Source: the human T2T-CHM13v2.0 reference genome, Homo sapiens. From it: DNA of 64,000 bases. Shown here in pieces: positions 54,284 to 64,000 of the stretch (the stretch's first letter is position 1; the number at the start of each line of letters is the position of its first letter). The DNA is taken from contig CP086569.2 of the NCBI GenBank assembly GCA_009914755.4, forward strand, positions 23,840,001 to 23,904,000, given 5' to 3'. The position numbers and the translations under genes were made by a program. The notes beneath the pieces were generated by a model that worked only from the letters and a program-made list of their open reading frames with translations, was not told the DNA's origin and searched no databases.

Positions 54284-57081
54284 TGATCTTCCCTCTTTGA
54301 TCTCCCAAAGTGCTGGGAGTACAGGCATGAGCCACCATGCCCTACTGGATTCTAGATCTTGACACAGCACATTTTCAACTTAATGTTTCTGCAGATAGAA
54401 AAGCTGTGTAATATGGAAGAACAAAACCAAACATTTATTACAGTTCAAGGAGATTTTGTTTGTGCCCTGCTGTCCTGGATTCTCAGAAGTGTAGGGCTGG
54501 CAGACATTACTGGAAGGCAGAAGTGGGAAACAAGCCTAAATGAGAATTCCGTGTGCGTCAAGTTTGTCTTCTTAGGAACTGGAAGGATCAGCCTTCAATT
54601 CTGGGTAGATTACGGGCAGTTGGGGGGGTATATAAAGAGTGGTTACGTTCCATCAGGTTCTAAGTCAATCCACCTTCTGCAAGTAGTAAAACCCAGTAAA
54701 ATTAGTATTTGTTTGAAATATGAATTGGGTGATTTTTAAAAATAATACACATAATAGGTTTGCTCTGTATATTTTTTAATGATTCTTTCACAAGAGCTCT
54801 TTAGCCTTATTTCTTTACTCAAGCAGATTCTGAATGTCATAAAATCTGCTTATTATCAGATACTGAAAGATAAAGCAAAGAATCTTTTTAATTTTTTGTG
54901 GGAAATTTAGCCTGTAAATTTAATCTCCTTTGTATAATCTTTAAGTTTTACTGTGGAAGACTAGATTTAGGTTTACTAAGTTTTTGGCAACTATAAAAGC
55001 ATATTCATAATGTAACTTTTAAAGATACTATGAATATCAATTTTCAAGTGCGTTGATTTCTTTTTTTACTTGAGAAAGATAAGCTATTTGAGAATTATAT
55101 TACCCAACATGTCCAAAAAATGTTTTTAATTTGCCTATTTAAAAAAATCTGTTGATTTTGAATTGCATACCAAGATAACCTTATTTTAAGATTGAGGATA
55201 AGATGAAAAATAATTTATGTAAATAACATAAACTAAGTTTACTGAAATTATTTACTTATTTAAGAAACTTGATTAAATTTTAAATAAATTGCTGTCACCT
55301 ATCAGCATTTGTGCAGCATTTTTTTTAAGATTTGGTGTCTAAAACAGGTAACGATTTGGACAAAGAAGAAAAGAAAAATTCAATGATTGGTATAACAATA
55401 AATTTCAGAAAATAAAAGCTCTGTATGATGATGTAATTAAAATAATGTAAAGGATAAAAATTTTAATATTTGTTTTTACACATTATTTGGCAAAATCAAC
55501 CCTGAGACAGCAATGTGTAGAAAATACTACTAATTATGTTTTTGAGAATCTTATGGACTTTGGCACTTTGAGAACCTTCACTATAGGCCCAGGATTCCCT
55601 AGGCATTTGTTCCAGGAGAATATCTTATGGAAATGAAGCAGAAGGCCATGACCACAAAGATAAACGGATGCTCATCTAGAGACACGTAGGTGCAGGTTGC
55701 AGAAACAGTAGGCTTTTCTTGGTGGTCCAGGAAGGGGCTATTCCCACCATCCTAGAAAAGGGGCCTGGAACTCCATTGAGCCCTCTCTCCTGCAGGGACC
55801 TCAGAGGGCATTAGGGGAGGCCAGCCTAGGTGTTCTGTCCTGTCCCTGGCCCTTGGGTCCTGCCTCATCTGCTATCTTTTTCCACAAAGAAATCAGGATG
55901 GCAACCCACAATGCAGCCCCACTAGAGGAAGGAGATAAAGAGAGTCAAGGCTCACACCCATCTTGGAACATTAAGTGACTTACTGATTAGCTAGTCCAAA
56001 AGTTAGAGCAGAATTTGGTGGTGTGACACCCTAAGATTACATTCTAGGAGAAACCTGTATGGCACATGCCTGAGGCTGTGCGTTGAAGGAGTGTTAGACA
56101 GGTCACTTGGGCTTCAGTGAGCCTGTGCCCCTAGTCAATTCATGGAGACACGGGCTTGATAAGAGCAGGCAACAAGGGTGCAACACAGCAGACATGCTTA
56201 GCTGTCAGTTGGGCAAGGAGGGGTAGGCATCAGAGTTCCCTGCAGGGGAGAACCCTCTTAGGGCCCTGAACTGAACCGAGAGATTCTTCAGTTTTTTGAA
56301 GCACAGGCTGTACTTGGAGCTTCAGGGGTGGCACTGTCCTGTGGCATGGTAAAGGTGGGGTAAGCAGTCAGTCACTGAGGGGCTTTCATTGCTCATTTTT
56401 CTGATGAGCATGATTGAGAGCCCAAAGCCACAAGCCAGGAGGGGCAACAGCACTGGGCTGAGGCATCACCTTTTTTCTTCACTGGCTCCCATAAGCCTTC
56501 CTGGCATGCCTTGAGGAAGAAGATCCCTTATCCTTGTGAGCGTAGGCACAAAACTCATGTGAGGAAAGCCCAACAACAGCCTCTTTTGTGGGCGCACCTG
56601 GGCCTCCCCACTCCAGTGGCCTGTGAAACCCAAATGTAATTCCAGAGATGAGAATTTAAATTTGGTTCTAGAAACAAAGAGTTCAGCTCCGAGGCCAGAG
56701 CAGAAGTGGACATGTTAATTCCATGACACAAGGGCCAAATCAGAGAAATGGATTGACTGTTAAGCTGCACCCATGCAGTGTGTGCACTGACCCAAGCAGG
56801 TCCCATTCTCTTCCTGTCTCCAATTATTTTACCTACAACTTGTCATTTGTACCAGCTCTTTCTCTATCCCCCACATCCGGTGGTTTTTGAAATTCCTCTG
56901 AAGGCTGCATGACTAGAGTTAAGGGTCACAGCACTCTAGCCCACTCAGGCTGTGCCAGGAAGAGAGATCTCTCAACCTACCTTGACACTTAAGAACCATG
57001 CATAAATAGTGCCAACTCTAGGAGGAGGGCTGTCACATCCTCAGACTGTTTTCTGCTCTCCATACCAAAAGATAAATTAGA

Positions 57082-57473
<392 letters not shown>

Positions 57474-59127
57474 TCAGCCTAGTCACCGTGAATCACAATT
57501 TCAGGTTCTGCGTCAGCGTGTCCCACCTTGGGAAATAGTGGAACTGGGACCCCAGAATGTCATGATCCAATGACAGTCTGGAGAAGGGGCACCTCAGCAG
57601 CCTGTACAAACCCAGTCACACCTGTAACAGAAACACACCCTACCAACTAAGAAGCCATCTCATTATCTTAGACAACCATACCAGCAATGTGCACACACAA
57701 TGGGCCTTTTAGTAAACTGTCAACTCAAGGATTTAAGAAAAATCAAACCATTTTGAATTTAGAGTCTCAGGAAGAAGACCCTCCACTGCCTTAACCAGCC
57801 TGTATGATGGATGAAACTGACAGTGTTAACTTGACTTGGGCATACCTGGAGACTGACCTTGTATTAAAAAAAAAAAAAAAAAGCTTCTGAGTGCCCAGAG
57901 ATCCAAGATAAAAAACCTAGTAGTGGCTAACCTGAAAATTATTCTTTCTTTATGAGGAATATCTCAGTACCAGGTCTGTTCCATCCTGTGGCATGGAATA
58001 CAGACCACACAGGGGACTGAGGCCACTCCTTTTTTGTTAAATAAATGCTGACAGGTGAAAAGTTGTTGAAAAAAGTGCTAAATAACAATGCTATACAAAC
58101 TGCATGCTTTTTGTAAGTGGGAATGGTTATCATGCTAAGCCCACTGACAGTGGACTTTTTCCCCTCTTTTTAAGTCCCCAGTAAAACTCCGTATCTCATT
58201 CACTTGTTCTAAGTCTCTTCTTTGACATCTTGAACCTGGTGCCATTTCTATGGGAGTTGAATTTGATGCAACTTATCCTATATTAAGGAAGGATTTCAGA
58301 CTCTGCTCAATGTGCTTCAAAGCTCACCGAGGCATCAGCTAAGAAAGATGCTGTTGTTCTCCTTAACACTCTCATTCAGGCCTCTTTTCCTTAGATGCAC
58401 AATCAGTGGTGTACCAGGAAAGATGACTAAGAGAAACATCGTGGTCACAATCAAGATTAATGCCAGAATAAGCAGCGAACACTTGGAAATCAAAAGGGAG
58501 CATTTTTCAATGCCCTCAAATTCTGTCTTCAGTTCCTGGATTCAGTAATGGTTTTGAAGATCCATCCAACCTCTAGAGGAACCATGGGCCCTTAGGAGGT
58601 AAACACCTACACTTAATCCTGGTTCAACAAAGCTTTCTCTTGACAAATATGATGTCTGTGATCGTGAGCTTCTAAGCAATCTGCACAAAGCATAACCTGA
58701 AAACCTATAAAAGGGAGATGAGTAGGTATGAGGGAAATAATTTTCCACATTTTTTCTTGGGAAATTCAAAAAATTGTGATGGTGGGAAAATGTGCAGAAG
58801 AAGACAGCATATTAAAAGTCCTCATCAGGTGATTTTTACCACCAGAGTTTTTAATCCCAGCTATGAGATCTCCAAATAAAAACCAGAAGTTACTTCACTG
58901 CATCTATCCATGATTTATTGTACAATATTTTGTCTATCACAGTGAGGGGTCTTCACTGAGGATCTTCCCATTAAACATATAAAGATAAAGAAAGGAAAAG
59001 GTAAAATAGCAACTCCATGAAATCATAAGATAAAATGTAGAAATATTCATCTTCTCACATCAATTGCATTTTTGTACATATATGAATGTGTATCTACCCA
59101 TAAAGCTAATATATTCAAAATAAATCA

Positions 59128-59472
<345 letters not shown>

Positions 59473-59759
59473 TCACATATGGTGCAGACATTACTTGTTG
59501 GAGTGGAGTGGGTGCGGCTCTGTCCTTGTAAAGTAGGAAGAGCAATCAGTGCCCTGGATTGTGTGTAGGGAACCCATTCGTACACAAATAAAGAGGCAAT
59601 CAGGGCTTCAGCCTAGCAATACTGAGGCTTGCACGGGGCTTTCGAAAGCAGTAGAAATGGCCTGTAAAACTGAATGCTAGATGGGCTTGTAACAATAAAA
59701 GATCTGTCCAGGGATAACAGCAGTTCTGATAGGAGCCCCTGACTATACCCTGCCTCAGC

Positions 59760-60250
59760 AAAATGTAGACAAATAAAGAAAAAATAATTCAAGAGAAATA
59801 AAATTTAAAAATAAAGCAATTGGAAAATAGTAAGGGCAAATAAAATAAACTGAAACAAAATAGAGAAAAGTAAAGAAAAATATAACTAAGATTAGTGAAA
59901 ATAAAATCAAGATGAAGATAAACAGTAAATACAATAAAATTGAGAAATAAGAAAATTTTAAGAATAAGAAGAGACAAGTGAAAGTAAAAAAGAAATGCAG
60001 AGAAAAATAAAATAACAAAGAGATATGCATGGAAATAAATAAAAGAAACAAGAAATTGAATAAAATTACAAACGACAAAAATCTAGAAAATTTGAAATTG
60101 AGACTATAATGAAAAAACAAAAAATAAAAAATGAAGTAAAATTAAATTAATAGAAAAAATGAAAGTAAATAAAAATAAAGAGAAACAAGATAAAAACAAA
60201 GACAAATGTACAGAAAAATAAAAGATTAAAAAGAAAAATAAGATCTAGGG
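59760..60250. repeat. A-rich, purine-rich low-complexity tract. It is the paralog of 27,430-27,950.
   Basis: It has the same composition and relative position as the copy-1 tract. Confidence 0.85.
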
Positions 60251-60635
60251 ATAATCTACAAAACATTTCACGCAACGATAGCATAATACATAATATTTCT
60301 AATTACATACAGTTTATTTCCTAAGATAGGCAAACTTCTTAGCTAGCATGCAAGTTTTAGCATATTTGAACAAATGGTTATAAAAAAGTATTACTTCTGA
60401 CTACAGTAAAATATAACTGGAGGTTCAAAACCAAAAGAAAGCTAGCATGTCTGCATGTATATGAAAAGTAGACAAATTCTTCCGCACGCTATTTTAAAAG
60501 AGTTAGAACATGCACGTTTCTTTAGACGTTTATGGTATTCAAAATGATCTACAGATCAATGAGACCTCTTTCAAAAAACCAATGGTAGTTTTTCCAGAAG
60601 TACTAAAATATTCTGAAGTGTTGGCATCAATATTT

Positions 60636-60911
60636 GGCTGTGTCACCCAGGCTAGAGTGCAGTGTCCTAATCATGGCTCACTGCATGTAGCCTTGAGCTC
60701 TGAAGTTCAATTGATCCTCCCACCTCTGCCTCACAAGTAGCTGGGCCTGCAGGTGCATGCCACCACGGTCAGCAAGATTTGGGGGTTTTTGTAGAGACAG
60801 GGTTTCACCATATTGCCAATGCTGGTCTCAAACTTTCTGGACTCAAGCAATCCACCTGCCTTGACTTCCCAAAGTTCTGGGATCACAGGAGTGAGCCACC
60901 AAATATTGCCC
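60636..60911 (-). mobile_element. Old Alu in antisense, shared paralog of 28,326-28,592.
   Basis: The sequence runs gctgtgtcacccaggctagagtgcagtgtcctaatcatggctcactgcatgtagccttgagctctgaagttcaattgatcctcccacctctgcctcacaagtagctgggcctgcaggtgcatgccaccacg...gagacagggtttcaccatattgcc...cccaaagttctgggatcacaggagtgagccacc. Confidence 0.85.
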
Positions 60912-63900
60912 TATAATTTTTATAAATGCTCAAAAACCACAAATAGACAAACAACCTGGGAAAATATAATAAAGTCAGAGTCATATATTTTTTTATTTTA
61001 AAACATATTGCAAAGTTACAGTAATCAAACAGTGTGGTGCTGGGAAAAAGACAGAAAAATAAATGTTGAAAGAGATAAGAGAAGCCAGAAAGTAACCCAC
61101 ATGCGTATACTCAGCTTATCTTAAACGACGGTTGCAAATCCTCATGTTGCAGAACGCTTTCCTTACATCAAAAAAAATTGGGTTCTGGTCACATGACTAG
61201 AATATATTAAGTCAGGGACGCTCTGAAGGATGAGGAGTAGAGTTGATTGGGGAAAATGGAAAAAAAAAAAAGAAGAAGAAGAAGAAAACTTTTAACAAAA
61301 TGAGTTGGAGACCTGTTTACAGGCCCCCACCTCCCAAATTGATGAACACCAGACCATCACAGGAAACTGAAGAGTCCAGGCTTCTCCTCCCTGCACAAGA
61401 GGTGAACTTTCCATGGCTCCACTCTCTTCCCCAGTTGTGCAGGTGGATATTACTGAGAGAAAATCAGTTGGAAAAAGGAAGGCTTTATCTGGGGCCAACA
61501 GTCTGATTTTTCAGACTTCAGGCTGTTTTAAGCTTGAATGTGTGGTTTTGCCAAGGACCCTTGGCTCTTTTCTAACTCGTTATTTCCCCCCTTTAAATGA
61601 GTACATCTGACTGCCATTAGAAGAAGGATAAGGATTAGGACAAAAACAACTTTTAAGTGCTTCCTGCTGAGAGGGGGCACTTTTTTTTTTGGAAAAAAAT
61701 GGCAATCAGATCTCACTAAGAGGCCTATCTAATTGTCCCCAGTGAAATGGGCCACTGTTCAAGGCTCTGGTTGAGTGACTTTTTGAACTTTGGTAGGCTA
61801 AAAATAAAAAGAATCAAACTGGGTTATTAAAAAACATGTACTGAAATGAAACAAGGGGCAAATGGCAAGGTCAGCTCAAAATTTCCAAGGTCTTTTCCCT
61901 TGAAAAGGGAAGGTCTTTTCCCATAGAAAGAGGAAGGACAAAAACTCCAATGGAAGAAAAAAAAAATTGTTTGGCCAGCATGTCAGTCTTCTGGGTTCTT
62001 TTGCCTTGAGTTCGATCCTAAGCAAACAAGTCTAAATTTTGGGAAATTAACTCTTCCAGGCTTTGAGGATGCATCTGAGGAAAGTGTCCCATAGTATGAA
62101 GACATGATTACCTATCTGTAAATAGAGGACAGAGGAGAAAGAAAAAACAAAAAACATTATTTTCAGAGAAGTCCCAAGGGTTTAGTTTGCATTCAAAAGG
62201 CACATAGACTGAAGACAAATGGCTACTCATCTAGAAAGAGAGAAGCAGTTGTCCCTGGTTCCTTTCTCTTTCTTGCAAATTTCCAGGGTATGTTGAGGGA
62301 TAGGAGAAAAAATCTTCTCTTTCCTGCTCCTATTCTTCTATCCCCGAGTCCCAGTGATTGTAACAAGGTCCGTCCATGGGTGTCAAAGCAGCTTTCACCC
62401 ATGTTAACGGAGAGAACTAGGGTGGTTGAAATGTCTGCTCTTACCCACGTATGCCCTATCTACTCTGCTGTCAGTAGTTCTGGAGTTCACTAGACTTTAT
62501 TTATGCCAAGGACACTAGCATAATCTTTATCGATGAAATGGGAGGCTTGGCTTAATTGTCTGGAATTTGTCATGCTCACCTGCACTGTGCCTTTTATCCT
62601 CCATTATCATCTCCTTCTGGATTTCTCAGATCCGGTGTTATTTCCTAGGGCTTCAACCTGAAGCTTGAAACTGAGGTTGGGACAAAAATGTGGCTCAGGG
62701 ATTTGCATGGACTCCATATAGTTAGCTGAATTTTTAGATGAAGCTGTGGGATTGAGTCCTCTTTCCACGAGGGAGAGAAATAATGTCTTGTAACACACCC
62801 AGATATCTCGTGGCTCTAGTTATGCTTGCTAAGATTTGGGTGGGCACACTATTTATTCCCATAACAATGCAGGGTTTGCAGGATAATTGCCCAGAACTAG
62901 AATATTAATCCAGATTTTTACCAGTTTCTTTTCATTTCTTCTGAGCTGCAGTTGAATATCACTAATTGGCTTACAAGAATAAGCCGGTTTGTTCTAAAAT
63001 GTAGGAAAAATGCAAATCTAATGAGTTTAGGATTTAATGACAACCATATAATTAGTTTTGACAAATAATCTTTTCCATTCAGTTCTTTTGTTGTTGTTGT
63101 TAGAAACAAATAATGATAGAACTGAGTTCTTTGTGAAATCAGCTTTAGTCGTATGCTTGGATTCATTATTTACATAAAGCACAGCAAGAAAAATTATTCC
63201 TACATAGTTATTTTACATTGGCTTTAATAGAACTCTTCCACAAGAAATTTCAGAGAGGACTTTCTGAAGTCAAACCCAGCCATGGTTTTGTACCATCAGT
63301 TAGTTATGAGTTGGGTTATCCTCTTCTCTTATGGTCCCAAAATAAACTTGGAGCCCCTGGGCCTGTCCAAAGTGTCATTCTTTACTTACCACAGATCTGG
63401 AACCCTGCACAAGGACTCTGTAGATAAGGTATAAGGCCAGTTTATCCAAGGGGCTATTATTGGCTCTGCAAGTTGAGCTTGACTGCTTAAAGGGAAGCAG
63501 AACTTTTCAATCAAGGCCTTGATAAAACAACCAGTTTCTCTAACTGTGTCCTGTTGCAAATAAAATAGACTATTATTACACTGATTCAAACAGCTATATT
63601 GCCATAAGTTAAGAACACTCATAACTATTTTTCAAATTCTGAAGAAGCCAGGAAGAGAGAGATAAACATGATTCAAATTTTCTTCACAGGAGTACACCTT
63701 ACTCAAATATTAAAGGCTGTAAACAGCTCAAAATAAGTTTCCTTGACTATGGTAAACAATACATGAGTCAGTAATGTTACAAGCAAAAATAGGAAAGATT
63801 ACTTCATGTTTCTATCAGTCCAGTCCATTCAGTTAACTCTTGTTTTGTTTAATATTCATAAACATTTTAGCTCTTCATGGGTCCTGGTAGGTTTTTCCTG

Positions 63901-64000
63901 TATTCCTGTCACAGCTCCAAAGTTTTCAGAAGCCTGCATTTGTGAGCACCAGTCAAAGTTCTATAGCTGATTAAAAAACATTTTTGGAAAAATGTCAAAA

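Overview
This window is human (catarrhine primate) repeat-dense genomic DNA, not a prokaryotic locus. It contains no intact protein-coding gene and I could not recognise any tRNA, rRNA or CRISPR array.

The main structure is two head-to-tail copies of a tandem segmental duplication of about 32 kb. Copy 1 runs from before position 1 to about 30,740. Copy 2 runs from about 31,945 to about 63,105. In the unique stretches I compared by eye, the two copies are roughly 82-88% identical.

Each copy has the same order of parts:
- A block of about 10 kb of a satellite with a monomer of about 68 bp. Its motifs (cattgtgacatat, cccaggtgatgtgactct) fit beta-satellite. The block is itself organised as a higher-order repeat of about 4.8 kb.
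- An old L1 in antisense orientation.
- A short piece of intron and a decayed C2H2 zinc-finger exon on the plus strand. The exon shows clear protein-level similarity to the final exon of the ZNF91 subfamily of KRAB zinc-finger genes.
- A second antisense L1 carrying an ORF1 remnant and a long upstream region.
- About 12 kb of AT-rich sequence carrying Alu elements.

The combination of beta-satellite with ZNF91-type cassettes matches the architecture described for the ZNF cluster near the centromere on 19p12. That placement is an inference from the sequence, not something I confirmed.

Most of what is worth a second look is the contrast between the two copies. Some retroelements are shared by both copies and some are private to one. 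The private ones include a near-consensus AluYa5-like insertion with a perfect target-site duplication and a 46-nt poly-A tail, and an LTR12 solo LTR. One Alu carries a GGAA/GAAA tail about 365 bp long. The second satellite block has lost about 2.5 kb at a junction marked by a perfect 12-bp palindrome. Copy 1 has lost several zinc-finger units and part of an Alu.

I found no evidence for a novel biological system. The six-frame ORFs are translations of repeats, pseudogene remnants or low-complexity sequence. All coordinates are approximate to within about 5-15 bp, and every family assignment comes from reading the sequence by eye and from memory of consensus sequences, without a database search.
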